Part shown: piece after piece, positions 19,049-28,999 of the stretch
Layout: every line of letters begins with the position of its first letter
How positions within the stretch are numbered: position 1 is the stretch's first letter
IMG/VR virus record: IMGVR_UViG_3300042398_000857
DNA length: 64,000 bases
Source: an uncultured virus (IMG/VR IMGVR_UViG_3300042398_000857)
Lineage: Duplodnaviria > Heunggongvirae > Uroviricota > Caudoviricetes
Direction: 5' to 3' (one strand)
The notes under the pieces: generated by a model
The model's database searches: none
What the model was told of the DNA's origin: nothing
The model's input: the letters and a program-made list of their open reading frames with translations, nothing else
Program-made: the position numbers and the translations under genes

Positions 19049-21279
19049 TATAATAATCCTGCATTTCTTTTAATGAGAGCTAATTCGCCTTCTGCGATTG
19101 GTTGCTCTTGTATTACTTGTAAGTTATTTAATAGATTACCCTCACGGTTATCTACTTTCACCCCCGATAATTTTATTACATGTGCTTGTTCTGGTGAATG
19201 GACTGGTTCACTTGGGTCTTTACTGGTAATTAACATTAATACATGTTTCAAATCAGACTCTGATGCTTTTGGACATTCACCATCTTTGAATGCTTTAGCT
19301 ACTTTTATTTTAGCTTTAGTTCCACCAATTGTAAAGTTATCTTCAGTGTCATTCCAAAATCCACTAATAACGTCTTTAAGTTGTTGAATACCACTTTCAC
19401 TAGTGTTGGATTCTTCTTCAGTGTATCCACATTCCATTGGTGTTAACCCGCATTCTCTGATAGCATCGCGCAATGTCATTCCTTCTGAAAAAGGGGTGTC
19501 CAATGTTGCGCCTGATTCTTTAACTTTAATAAATTTAGCAATTACTTTAGCTTTTCTATTAACGCTTTCTGCGATAGGAGCAGGTTGTTGACCTTGTGGT
19601 GGTATAACACCTGGAGCAGATGGCATAGTACCAGGGGCAGGTGGTATTGCTTCTGGAGCAGGTGGAACTTCACCAGCTGGTGGGACCGCTTCAGGTGTAG
19701 GTGGCAATGCTTCTGGAGCAGGTGATTCCGCTGGTGGAGATAATTCCCCGCCACCAATTTCTTCTGGGCTATCATTTTCCAATTCTGGTAGCAATGGTAT
19801 CAATTTTGGATTTCTATCTAAAATGAAATCTTTAATTTCTTTACGAATCTCGGCATCAGTGTTAAGAACTTGAATTCTAGCAGTTAACGCTGGATCATCA
19901 ATTATGCCTTTTAATGATAGTACACCTGGTGTACCACCCGCCAATTCAGCAGCTAATAAGGTATTCAAATTTTGAATGGCTCTGTTTCTAGCACCAGGAT
20001 TCGGACTAAATAGTTCATTTCTATCTTCATTAACTATGCTTTCTAAAAATGATTCTAGGGCCAATTCTGGATTTAAGGATTCGTCTTTTTTCCCGAATTT
20101 TTCTTTCCATTCTTTATCACGTTGTACCATTTCTGCATCAGCTTTTGAATGGCGCTCTGCTTTTTCTTTTTTACCTTTTTCCCAGTATGCAGTATCACCG
20201 AATCCTGCTTTATTAAGTTGTTGTTGTAAACCTTTTTTACCAAACGCCTCATCCAACACTGCATCAGCATCTAACTCAATTACTGGTAATTCGCTTTCAT
20301 CAATAATTTTATATAGGAATGGGAAGGCCGAAGTCAATTCTTCATTAAATGTACGAACGGTTAGTCTATCAATCCAATCATTTTTAATTTCTTCTGGAAT
20401 CATACGTTCTTTAGATTCCTCAAATGATTCAGCAAATTGTTCATAATAAGATGCACGTTGTAAATGCTGGCATTCTTTTTTTACTTCTTCAATACGTTCC
20501 ATTACACGATTAGTAATAGATCCCATTGATTCTGAAATTTGATCTTGACGGCCAACATAATTTTTAAATTTTTTTAGTTGGTTTAATTCTTCACTTAATC
20601 CAGTGATATGTTTACCGATTGCATCATATGGATTTCCACCATGTTTGATATGTTCTGCCAATGCACGAGCACCATGTAAATGTTTATATGGATATTTGAA
20701 TCGTTCGCCATCAGCATTTTCAATATAAATGCTTTCTATATGCATTGATCGGCCAGCGGCTACATTTGGATTAATTGGTTGGCTATGTTTAACGATAAGA
20801 CGAGCCTCACCTAAATTTTGGTAGCTTATTCTGCTAGTACCAAACATTTTATTTTCCATAATTGGTGATTCCTTTGGTAGTTCTATTTTAGTTATTTTTG
20901 GTTTTGCTTGGAATTGATAATCACGCTTATCTAAATTACTTTTCCCAATGTTTTGTACATCGAAGTTTAGTAATCTGGTTTTTGCAAACTTTCTAAATGA
21001 ACGAATAAAATCATATGCATTTTGGTGCATAGTTTTTACTTCTTGACTTAATTCTCCACTGATTTGCACAACAACCCCATCTTCTTCATCCAATGTAATA
21101 GCAATTGTCCCAAGTGGGTTACCATCTTCTTTATATTCGAATTCAAAAAATCTAGCACGTGGTATATCACTTTTCTTAGTTAATACTTGTGCGTTTTCAT
21201 CCCCGATTGTAATATCTGGGAAGCGTGTTTGTATTTTACCATATAGATCTTTGGCAATTTTATCTAAATTATTTTCCAT
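19048..21279 (-). CDS. Large acidic protein, probable prohead core/internal protein (743 aa)
   Basis: Late motif upstream, many I/L-x-E sites, Pro-rich segment, next to terminase. Confidence 0.6.
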   Translation of the reverse strand: MENNLDKIAKDLYGKIQTRFPDITIGDENAQVLTKKSDIPRARFFEFEYKEDGNPLGTIAITLDEEDGVVVQISGELSQEVKTMHQNAYDFIRSFRKFAKTRLLNFDVQNIGKSNLDKRDYQFQAKPKITKIELPKESPIMENKMFGTSRISYQNLGEARLIVKHSQPINPNVAAGRSMHIESIYIENADGERFKYPYKHLHGARALAEHIKHGGNPYDAIGKHITGLSEELNQLKKFKNYVGRQDQISESMGSITNRVMERIEEVKKECQHLQRASYYEQFAESFEESKERMIPEEIKNDWIDRLTVRTFNEELTSAFPFLYKIIDESELPVIELDADAVLDEAFGKKGLQQQLNKAGFGDTAYWEKGKKEKAERHSKADAEMVQRDKEWKEKFGKKDESLNPELALESFLESIVNEDRNELFSPNPGARNRAIQNLNTLLAAELAGGTPGVLSLKGIIDDPALTARIQVLNTDAEIRKEIKDFILDRNPKLIPLLPELENDSPEEIGGGELSPPAESPAPEALPPTPEAVPPAGEVPPAPEAIPPAPGTMPSAPGVIPPQGQQPAPIAESVNRKAKVIAKFIKVKESGATLDTPFSEGMTLRDAIRECGLTPMECGYTEEESNTSESGIQQLKDVISGFWNDTEDNFTIGGTKAKIKVAKAFKDGECPKASESDLKHVLMLITSKDPSEPVHSPEQAHVIKLSGVKVDNREGNLLNNLQVIQEQPIAEGELALIKRNAGLL

Positions 21280-21286
21280 AAGTTAT

Positions 21287-23866
21287 TTATCCAAAATAAG
21301 ATGAAACATATAGAGGTAACGGTGGTTCCCATTCCTCGTTAGCTTGACCATTTACACTCAGCATATCCATCACAGTTGGATCCCATTCTGAAAGAATTTC
21401 ACTCATACGAATTACTAATAATGCTGCGGATACAAGGTCATCATGTTGTCCTGGCTTGGCTTTAAAGCTTACACCAGCAGCAATAAATGACTTCATTTCA
21501 CTAAGTAACGCCCTGCTATTTACAACCATTTTATCTTCTTCTACTAAAAATTTTAGCCTAGAACATGCTGCAATCTTGTTATTAAAGGTTGTGTTAAAGC
21601 CCTTTCTAAACTTTTTAACATGGCCTTTTCTTACTGGTTCACTTAGAAATAACCCTGGAAAAGTTTCTTCACCAAGGTCTGCTATAACAATTAAAGCAGC
21701 TTCACCAACTGTATTGTTTTCGGTTGACCAATAGATATTATTAGTATGTTCCATTCCAATTTCATCTTGGATATATCGTAATATGTCACGAAATAGTTTT
21801 ACTTGTCCTTGAATAGGAGTAATATTATGCTGCCATTCTGCAATTTGTGTAAACGAAGGTAATTCAAACACTTGGATAGCACCATAATCACCACCAGTGC
21901 CCAAACTAGGATCTAACGCAACCATATACAAATGATTTGGTGTTGGTTTTTTATACCATCTAACTTGTCCCATTTTGAATATCGGTTCTTTTCCAACCAA
22001 TTCAGCTAATTTAAGACTGCTGATAAGTGTTTCGTCATATACCAAGAATTCACAATTATATTCTCGGCGAAAACGTTCTTCACCTATACGTCCAAGTTCT
22101 TCTTTTTTCCAATTTTCATCACGGTCTGGATGATCCCACCACTCAGATTTAAACCCATGGAATCCATTTCGTCCTAAATTATTACCGGTTTCATCACCGA
22201 ATTCATCAAACACATCTTGACTCTCTTTCCAAATAATAGCAAATTGGTCTTCATCAGAGTTAGGAGTGCTAGTAATAATAGCTCGTCCACCAGTTGCAAG
22301 GGTTGGGGAGATTGATGTCCAAAATTCATTAGCAATATTTGGTTGCACGAACGCAAACTCGTCACAATAAAGTAATGAAATAGACATACCCCTACCGGTA
22401 GTGCCAGTTGTTGTTTGACTTACTATTCTTGATCCATTTTCAAACTCAATACTACCTTTATTATAACTTGTTACCCCGGCTCGTAGATAATCTGGACACA
22501 ACTCATATCCATATCTTATACGTTGCATAATTTCTTGTGCACCAGTGTACTTATGTGCTGCAACAAGAATTGTTTGATCTGGGTGGAACATTGCATACCA
22601 TAACAAATATGCCGAAGCACAAGTTGTATTATGTGTTGGTATCATTGTTTTACCACATAAAAACATATGCTCATCATTATCAACTTGGATGCATCTTACT
22701 GGAACTGAAGATGTTTTAGTGATTTTGTTTATGTATAATCTAGTGTTTTTTACATGGCCTTTGCACAATAACTGTCTTTCAGCTTTTCTTTTCAACTTAA
22801 ACACTATATATTTTGTTGTGGAAAATTTTAATGTATAATAATTCACACCATTTATAATTTTACAAGAACATCTTGACTTAATTCCAAGTGATGATAATAT
22901 TGTCCTTACTTGTTCTATTAATTTAAAGTTCTTTTGATAAAATTCACAATTCCCTTTTTTTGTACAGCTTCCATCAGTATCCATCAATCCACGAAGTAAT
23001 TCTAGCCGTTGATCAATTGATGAGAACACATAATCAGTTGGTATATGTTTATTTTTTAATAGATTGTTTCCGTTCAATAATGTCCGTAGTCCTATAATGT
23101 TTCTACGTTCACTATTATTGCTATTTACGGATGGTTCAGATACTGTATATCCAGATTCAGATATATATTGAATCATTTCTATATTATCTATATTTGATTG
23201 AACGTATCTACCATCACCAGAATATCCATCACCAAGCCACAATCCTAATATATATGGATGAATTGGCAATGACTTATACTCGTATTGAACAGGTTCTGTA
23301 ATATCTATATATAATCCTTGTTCTAATGAATGCGTATCCTTATATTTTTTTATTTCATCAGTAGTAAGAATTTTTGATTTATTACTCCAATTTGCTGTAC
23401 TAACTTTCCATAAGTGTTCTGCATCCGCAATAATAGATTCTCCATTATCGAATTCTACTTCATAACATGTATGATTATACATAATTTCAGTAGCAAACGT
23501 AACAGTAGTGGGGTTTCCCATATTACTTAATATAATATCACCAACTTGAATATCACCCATAGTTGTCCAACCACTTGGTGTTGGAATGGGTGTATTTAGA
23601 CTTAATGCTTTTCCACTTTGACGAGGTAGCATGTTGATATTAAATCGATAATTATGATAACTATTTAATAATCCTTCTTGGTACTCAAATGGTTCGAATA
23701 ATAGCTTACCCTTAACTGAATGTTGTATATAAAAGAATTTTCTTGCAAAGTACAAGTATCCATTCTCTTGATCCATACACGCAAGCATATCCTGAATTTG
23801 AGATTCCGTCCATTGTTGTTTTATGTGTGCTTTCTTAGTTAAAGCACCTTCGATTGATTTTGCCAT
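21287..23866 (-). CDS. gp17: Terminase large subunit interrupted by an intein
   Basis: PRQSGK|TT, YCDEFAF, TSTPN, DPSLGTGGD, ENN, HDDLV. Confidence 0.95.
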   Translation of the reverse strand: MAKSIEGALTKKAHIKQQWTESQIQDMLACMDQENGYLYFARKFFYIQHSVKGKLLFEPFEYQEGLLNSYHNYRFNINMLPRQSGKALSLNTPIPTPSGWTTMGDIQVGDIILSNMGNPTTVTFATEIMYNHTCYEVEFDNGESIIADAEHLWKVSTANWSNKSKILTTDEIKKYKDTHSLEQGLYIDITEPVQYEYKSLPIHPYILGLWLGDGYSGDGRYVQSNIDNIEMIQYISESGYTVSEPSVNSNNSERRNIIGLRTLLNGNNLLKNKHIPTDYVFSSIDQRLELLRGLMDTDGSCTKKGNCEFYQKNFKLIEQVRTILSSLGIKSRCSCKIINGVNYYTLKFSTTKYIVFKLKRKAERQLLCKGHVKNTRLYINKITKTSSVPVRCIQVDNDEHMFLCGKTMIPTHNTTCASAYLLWYAMFHPDQTILVAAHKYTGAQEIMQRIRYGYELCPDYLRAGVTSYNKGSIEFENGSRIVSQTTTGTTGRGMSISLLYCDEFAFVQPNIANEFWTSISPTLATGGRAIITSTPNSDEDQFAIIWKESQDVFDEFGDETGNNLGRNGFHGFKSEWWDHPDRDENWKKEELGRIGEERFRREYNCEFLVYDETLISSLKLAELVGKEPIFKMGQVRWYKKPTPNHLYMVALDPSLGTGGDYGAIQVFELPSFTQIAEWQHNITPIQGQVKLFRDILRYIQDEIGMEHTNNIYWSTENNTVGEAALIVIADLGEETFPGLFLSEPVRKGHVKKFRKGFNTTFNNKIAACSRLKFLVEEDKMVVNSRALLSEMKSFIAAGVSFKAKPGQHDDLVSAALLVIRMSEILSEWDPTVMDMLSVNGQANEEWEPPLPLYVSSYFG
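22628..23608 (-). mobile_element. Class-3-type (Ala1, WCT) intein with LAGLIDADG endonuclease (327 aa)
   Basis: GK|ALSLNTPIPT...AEHLW...LGLWLGDG...LRGLMDTDG...VRCIQV...IPTHN|T. Confidence 0.9.
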
Positions 23867-23880
23867 ATTCTTATTTACAT

Positions 23881-23908
23881 AAAAAAACGGACCAAGGCCC
23901 GTTTTTTA
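23881..23908 (-). terminator. Intrinsic terminator, probably bidirectional
   Basis: A-tract, CGGAC/GCCCG stem, T-tract. Confidence 0.8.
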
Positions 23909-23929
23909 TTGTTTTAGCTTTATTTTTTA

Positions 23930-25051
23930 TCAAATTTTTGGAAATTGTGATTTTGCTGATCGTCCTGCATCCATGTGATACCATTTTTTAGCATCTGGAT
24001 CCCATCTCATCCCTTCACTCTTTGCCGCATCTTTTTGATTAAATGGAACTTTATGATAAATCTTTCCACCTGCATTGGATGGTGCGGATGATGCTACCGG
24101 TGCTGCTGCTTGAGCGGCTGGTTTCGCTGCTGGTTTCGCCGCTGGTACATATGGTGCTTTATCGTCAACTGGACCTAAAAATTTTTCAAGATGTGTTGGA
24201 TCCAATTTACCGTTTCGAAGATCGTTAATAAGAGCATTTTTAGTACCCCAAATTAAGCTTCTATACTTTTCATAATTAGGATCATTTTTTCTAATAGCCT
24301 GTGCATATCGTTTTGCTTTTTCTTCACCAGTTACTACTTTTGGGTAACCGTTTGACATAATGAATTTTTCTTTATTTGTTACAAAATAATACATTCGTTC
24401 ATCAAACTGCTTACGAGCAGGCTCATCTTCACCTGCACTTTTTTCAGCAGACCATTCATCATGATCACGTTTCATACCACGAATAACATCACCGCTATCG
24501 TGTCCACTAAATGCTTCATTTAGCTTTCTTTCTTTAATTTCTTTATAGTGACCACGTAATTGATTAACTAATGATTCTTTGACATTCCAAGGATTACCGC
24601 CGCCAGCTTGCTTTGCAGCTTCTTTTCCTTTACCATGTAAATCATCACCCATTCCAATAACCGCATCGATTGCATATGTCATTTTATCCGATCCACCTGG
24701 AACTGAATTTTCATAATCATCAGTAAATAATACATTAGCCGAATCATCTTCTTCAGGTTCGTCAGGTTCAAATGTTATTTCTGGTTCTGCTGGTTCTTCA
24801 TCTGGTTCACCAATAACTACAGCGTGTTCTTCATCACCGGCAGCATCATTGATATTTCTTAAAATATCCATCAAATCGCGAATCCCATTCGCTCCTTGGC
24901 CATTAATGGTTACATTCATATTAACTGAATCTTGTTGCTTTGGATGACCAGATTCTGCTGCATCTTGACATGGACATTCATCCAATAATTGGTTTTCATT
25001 TAATCCACTGTCAATATTTGATATTTTTTTATACAAATCTAAAAAGTTCAT
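23930..25051 (-). CDS. Acidic protein with C-terminal DUF5710-like domain (about 373 aa)
   Basis: Start reassigned to MNFLDLY (AAGGA SD); VPFNQKDAAKSEGMRWDPDAKKWY. Confidence 0.7.
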   Translation of the reverse strand: MNFLDLYKKISNIDSGLNENQLLDECPCQDAAESGHPKQQDSVNMNVTINGQGANGIRDLMDILRNINDAAGDEEHAVVIGEPDEEPAEPEITFEPDEPEEDDSANVLFTDDYENSVPGGSDKMTYAIDAVIGMGDDLHGKGKEAAKQAGGGNPWNVKESLVNQLRGHYKEIKERKLNEAFSGHDSGDVIRGMKRDHDEWSAEKSAGEDEPARKQFDERMYYFVTNKEKFIMSNGYPKVVTGEEKAKRYAQAIRKNDPNYEKYRSLIWGTKNALINDLRNGKLDPTHLEKFLGPVDDKAPYVPAAKPAAKPAAQAAAPVASSAPSNAGGKIYHKVPFNQKDAAKSEGMRWDPDAKKWYHMDAGRSAKSQFPKI

Positions 25052-25052
25052 A

Positions 25053-25682
25053 TTATTTTCCTTTATATGGATCTGGTAGTACTGTTTTTTTTGATCCGAT
25101 TGGACTAATAGAATTTTCAACTTTACCAGTGCTTGATACCGATTTTTCAGAAGGTACTGATTTTGCTAATAATTGATCATTAACACCCTTATACTGTGTA
25201 CCGGTTTTTTTAGTTTTGCTCAATTCTTTTAATAGAGACATAACTTGTTTATCCCCCACCAATGATTGATGGTCAGATTTTTCATATTCTTTAGTCAATA
25301 ATGCTTCACCTGAAGGGTGATTCGGGCAATATTGATTATTGATTTCTTCTTCTTCTTGTTCTTTTAAGTTACGAACTTTGACGCAGCTATGTGTAATTTT
25401 CAATGCTTCAGCAACTAAGTCACGGATTTGGTTACTTGTTACTGGATATTTTACACTTACATCATATAATGTAACTCCAATATTGCTGTGATCTGGAAAA
25501 TCAACTTGTGATTCTTGTATTGGTGTAGTTTTAGCATCCGATAAAGAGTCAACATCAAATCTTGCTAACGCTGTCTTTATTTTTGCTGATGCACCAGTTT
25601 CTACGTCACCCGCAATCTTTATTTTAAATTCATAATTTTGTTTGCTTTCTAGCAAATATTCTTTTAATGATTTTTTAGTCAT
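25053..25682 (-). CDS. Hypothetical protein, probable head/core protein (209 aa)
   Basis: KSLKEYLLES N-terminus; late motif upstream. Confidence 0.7.
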   Translation of the reverse strand: MTKKSLKEYLLESKQNYEFKIKIAGDVETGASAKIKTALARFDVDSLSDAKTTPIQESQVDFPDHSNIGVTLYDVSVKYPVTSNQIRDLVAEALKITHSCVKVRNLKEQEEEEINNQYCPNHPSGEALLTKEYEKSDHQSLVGDKQVMSLLKELSKTKKTGTQYKGVNDQLLAKSVPSEKSVSSTGKVENSISPIGSKKTVLPDPYKGK

Positions 25683-25718
25683 AATGTAATCCCAATCTTA
25701 TATTTATTCTTTTTTTAA

Positions 25719-26198
25719 TCATTTCATGTTCTTTAGTTTTTCAATTAAAGAGTTACGATCTGTAACCATGAATCCATCACCTTGAATTGTGATCCCATTA
25801 TCTTCACTACTGGTGTCATTATCCAACTTCTGTTTTTTAAGCTGGAGTTCAATCATTTTAAGTTTTTTATCAATCTTAGCGGATTTTGCATCAATGGCGT
25901 TTTTAAGCATGGTTGATGCCACCTCAAATAATCTAGCTGAATACCTTGCCTCAACATTCATACCAAGATCCATTAGATCTTCGTATGCATTTGCTGCCTT
26001 TTCTGCTAACTCATCAAACTCGGTGTCACTTAAATCACCTAGGCCAGTCACGGGTGGTAATGCAGCTGAGATTTTATCAAAATCAGACATACTCCTAAAA
26101 TTTATAGGCCCTGCTTTAACTGGTTTTTTCTTTTCTTCCTGTTTAGTAATTTCTTTACTAGATGGTAAATTTAATATCTCTTCTAGCTTTCGAGTCAT
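25719..26198 (-). CDS. Probable terminase small subunit (gp16-like, 159 aa)
   Basis: Helical SARLFEVASTMLKNAIDA...KKLKMIELQ segment; near terL; ATG at 26198 with AAGGA SD. Confidence 0.55.
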   Translation of the reverse strand: MTRKLEEILNLPSSKEITKQEEKKKPVKAGPINFRSMSDFDKISAALPPVTGLGDLSDTEFDELAEKAANAYEDLMDLGMNVEARYSARLFEVASTMLKNAIDAKSAKIDKKLKMIELQLKKQKLDNDTSSEDNGITIQGDGFMVTDRNSLIEKLKNMK

Positions 26199-26470
26199 TT
26201 TTGTTCCTTCTTTTTCAAATATGCAAGTCTTCTTGCTTCTGGCCAAGGTTTACCTTTTAGATGCCCGCATTTTTTTCTTTGTTCTTCTGTTCGAGTTTTA
26301 CCAGTATTAGCTTTTGAAATCTTATCTCTCCTCAGCTTTCGGGAGATGAACATGAATTTTTCATTCTATTATTCATTTCTTCGATTGTCATTGATGCACA
26401 TAGTGTTTTTTGATAATCACTAATTAGTTTTTTAGATTTTTCAGAATGCTTTTTTGGCCGCGAACTACGC
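26195..26470 (-). pseudogene. Remnant of a NUMOD3-repeat homing endonuclease
   Basis: KKHSEKSKKLIS...SPES* then, after a frameshift, RRDKISKANTGKTRTEEQRKK...KGKPWPEARRLA; no start codon or nuclease domain. Confidence 0.7.
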
Positions 26471-26472
26471 CA

Positions 26473-26913
26473 TTATTTAGCTTTTCCATTATGAAACAAA
26501 TCATTTTCATTTAATACTCTAAATGTAATACCATTTTGTTTACACCATATTTGTGCTGCTTTCCATTTTGCTTGATTTTTAATAAACAATGCTTGATTGA
26601 CTTTACTTTTACCAACCTTTTCTAGTAATTGTTGGCTAGCAGGTTTAATTTCAATGAGATCAATTTGTAGTTTGTTATTCTTATCCAAATATTGGATGAA
26701 AAAATCTGGGACATATACTGTATTTTTACCAGTCAATGGATTACGATATGGAATGGATATTGCTTCACTTGCCCATTTTTGAATGGCAGGACTATTATCA
26801 CAATAATGCATAAATGAAAATTCCCAACTACTTCTGTATATTGGTGGTTTATTTCCTATATATTTTTGAGGATTTTTTGGAACAAATTTTCCTTTTGCAA
26901 AATTATGACTCAT
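26473..26913 (-). CDS. gp4: Head completion nuclease (T4 gp4-like, TnsA-like fold)
   Basis: YRSSWE, WASE, YVPDF, IEIKP, NQAKW. Confidence 0.88.
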   Translation of the reverse strand: MSHNFAKGKFVPKNPQKYIGNKPPIYRSSWEFSFMHYCDNSPAIQKWASEAISIPYRNPLTGKNTVYVPDFFIQYLDKNNKLQIDLIEIKPASQQLLEKVGKSKVNQALFIKNQAKWKAAQIWCKQNGITFRVLNENDLFHNGKAK

Positions 26914-27278
26914 ATCAAAATATTCCTAGTTTCATATGTGTTTTCTATTGATGCAATACGATAACCCAATAAACTAGTTTTCTCTCTCGATGCGTTTAGT
27001 ACTTGTGCAACGATTTGACTAAGTTGAATATCTGTCAATGTTTTTAATGAATCAATTAATTCAAATACATTAACATTATCAATCCGAGCTTGATTCAATA
27101 AAACAATTGAGGTTGCTCTTGCACTTTCAAGATCAAACTCTCGTTTTAAAAAGAACCCAACAGTTGCATCAATTTGATTACTTGGAAAAGTGATTTCATG
27201 ATTGAAAAAGTTATCATAAAATTGTTTTACTTCACTAGATGAGTCCGTAAATTGTACTGATGGTAAATTACTAGCCAT
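26910..27278 (-). CDS. Hypothetical protein (122 aa)
   Basis: ATGA-coupled to gp4. Confidence 0.75.
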   Translation of the reverse strand: MASNLPSVQFTDSSSEVKQFYDNFFNHEITFPSNQIDATVGFFLKREFDLESARATSIVLLNQARIDNVNVFELIDSLKTLTDIQLSQIVAQVLNASREKTSLLGYRIASIENTYETRNILI

Positions 27279-27282
27279 GTTA

Positions 27283-28275
27283 TTATCCTAATTTTACTTG
27301 TGTTGCCACGGTTGGGGCATTTGCGGTTTCATTAATTGGAAATGCAATACCTTGAATACCATTTATAGCCGGTTTTGTATCAGCCGCTGTAGCTAAATTA
27401 TTTATAATACCAGTTGTACCAAAAATATTTAATCCATTCGTATTTTGATATGTATTAATTTGTTGTATGATCGTATTAACATTAGCATCTGGATTATTAA
27501 GTGTGTTAGTAAATGTTGGACTAACTGATGTAATGTTAGGATCTCCTGTCAATGGACTCGGTGTAGAATCGTAATGCTCTAATGCAAACCCATTGACTTC
27601 ATCACTTGTTACTTTACCTGACCCGTAAGCAATTGATTCAAATAGCAATGACATTGAAAAATCATGTAATGTATTTTCTGAATATGCTAGCTTATTATGA
27701 TCCCATTTTTTAATAATAGGATTTATAAGTTTATAGCTCACAAATTCATGTCTAGCCATTTGATATACAGTTATATAATTAAAAAATGGTGATGTACTAC
27801 CATTGTCCAATCCATAAGGAGCCGTTATAAAATTGGAATTCCTAGTTGCATTTCTATTATATGCACCAGGTGATTGTGCAGAATTTGAATCAGCATAGTA
27901 ATAACTATAATAATTTTGCCAAACTTTGTTTATCAATCCCATATTATCATCATGAAATATTAGGTTAATTTCACCAGGTTTATGCTGATATTGAACAGCT
28001 TTTTTTCTATTATATTGATTAACCAAGTCAGCTGAAATCTCAAATTTAGGTAACTCTATAGATTTAACCAACATACCAATCTCATTACGATGCCTATTAA
28101 TCAATGCCGCATCTTTACATGCATTTTGGTTAATATTAAACGCAACATGATATAAGTATTTGTGTTTTGGTGCTAGACGAAATTGATCATCAACAAATAG
28201 TCTAGCCGCGTGTTGTTGATCACGCAGATAGATATTTGTATCATCATGTAAGAATTTATTAGGTGTAAATGACAT
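27283..28275 (-). CDS. Tail-tube-fold protein (tube initiator/baseplate, gp54/gp48-like)
   Basis: VKSIELP, QYNRK, LIFHDD, LINP pattern paralleling the adjacent tube protein. Confidence 0.6.
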   Translation of the reverse strand: MSFTPNKFLHDDTNIYLRDQQHAARLFVDDQFRLAPKHKYLYHVAFNINQNACKDAALINRHRNEIGMLVKSIELPKFEISADLVNQYNRKKAVQYQHKPGEINLIFHDDNMGLINKVWQNYYSYYYADSNSAQSPGAYNRNATRNSNFITAPYGLDNGSTSPFFNYITVYQMARHEFVSYKLINPIIKKWDHNKLAYSENTLHDFSMSLLFESIAYGSGKVTSDEVNGFALEHYDSTPSPLTGDPNITSVSPTFTNTLNNPDANVNTIIQQINTYQNTNGLNIFGTTGIINNLATAADTKPAINGIQGIAFPINETANAPTVATQVKLG

Positions 28276-28320
28276 ATCAGTATTTATTCATTAATTAACT
28301 TCGCAGTTAATACATAGACA

Positions 28321-28350
28321 ATAAAAAACCCACTTTCGTGGGTTTCTTAT
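28321..28350 (-). terminator. Intrinsic terminator after the tail tube gene
   Basis: AAACCCAC-GAAA-GTGGGTTTTTT on the minus strand. Confidence 0.85.
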
Positions 28351-28353
28351 ATA

Positions 28354-28986
28354 TTAAGCACCTAATGCGTTAGTTGTACCACGGACTTGTTTAAATCCTG
28401 GTGCTCCTAAACTAGCCGATGCACCAACTTGAACACAGTTATCTGGTTGTATCGAAAGTTCGATCATAAGTGGTGTACTTTCTTTGTATGCTAATGCTGT
28501 TTTGTTCCAGTTTGTTTTTTGAATGTAGCATCCATAACATTCCCATGTTTCCAAAACATTTGGAGTATCAGCACCATTACCACCATCTAATATTTCAATA
28601 CGCATTGTGAATTTGTAATCGCCTGCAGATGCTGCTGAACTTTGTTCAAAGAAATCAAATTGCTTTTGATTTTGTTCACCAACTAATTTACTAACTGCAC
28701 CAGTAACATCATCACGAATAGATACGGTCATTGCCCCCCATTTTGGTTTGCTAGCATAATGAATAGTACTATTATATACATCAATAGTTTGATCGGTATA
28801 TTCCAGGCTTGGACGCTGTGCATCATTAACTTGTTTAGTTAACTCGGTTGTGCTTCCAGAAACCCCGAAGTTTTCCAACGAGATTCTGAAGCGATATGCC
28901 AATTTAGGCATTAATAAACCCTGGGTGCTAGCACTTTGGTCAGATGCTAGCGGAACTGTAAAATTTGATAGAGCTGCTATTGCCAT
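28354..28986 (-). CDS. gp19: Tail tube protein
   Basis: PKLAYRFR, KPKW, IRDD, ETWECYGC; directly after the sheath gene. Confidence 0.85.
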   Translation of the reverse strand: MAIAALSNFTVPLASDQSASTQGLLMPKLAYRFRISLENFGVSGSTTELTKQVNDAQRPSLEYTDQTIDVYNSTIHYASKPKWGAMTVSIRDDVTGAVSKLVGEQNQKQFDFFEQSSAASAGDYKFTMRIEILDGGNGADTPNVLETWECYGCYIQKTNWNKTALAYKESTPLMIELSIQPDNCVQVGASASLGAPGFKQVRGTTNALGA

Positions 28987-28999
28987 TATATTCTCCTAA

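Noticed and set aside
25052..25120. N-terminal extension of the 396-aa ORF
   Set aside because: It overlaps the upstream gene; the SD supports the ATG at 25051
26473..26913. TnsA transposase or Tn7-like element
   Set aside because: Motifs and context match the T4 gp4 head-completion nuclease; no other transposon genes are present
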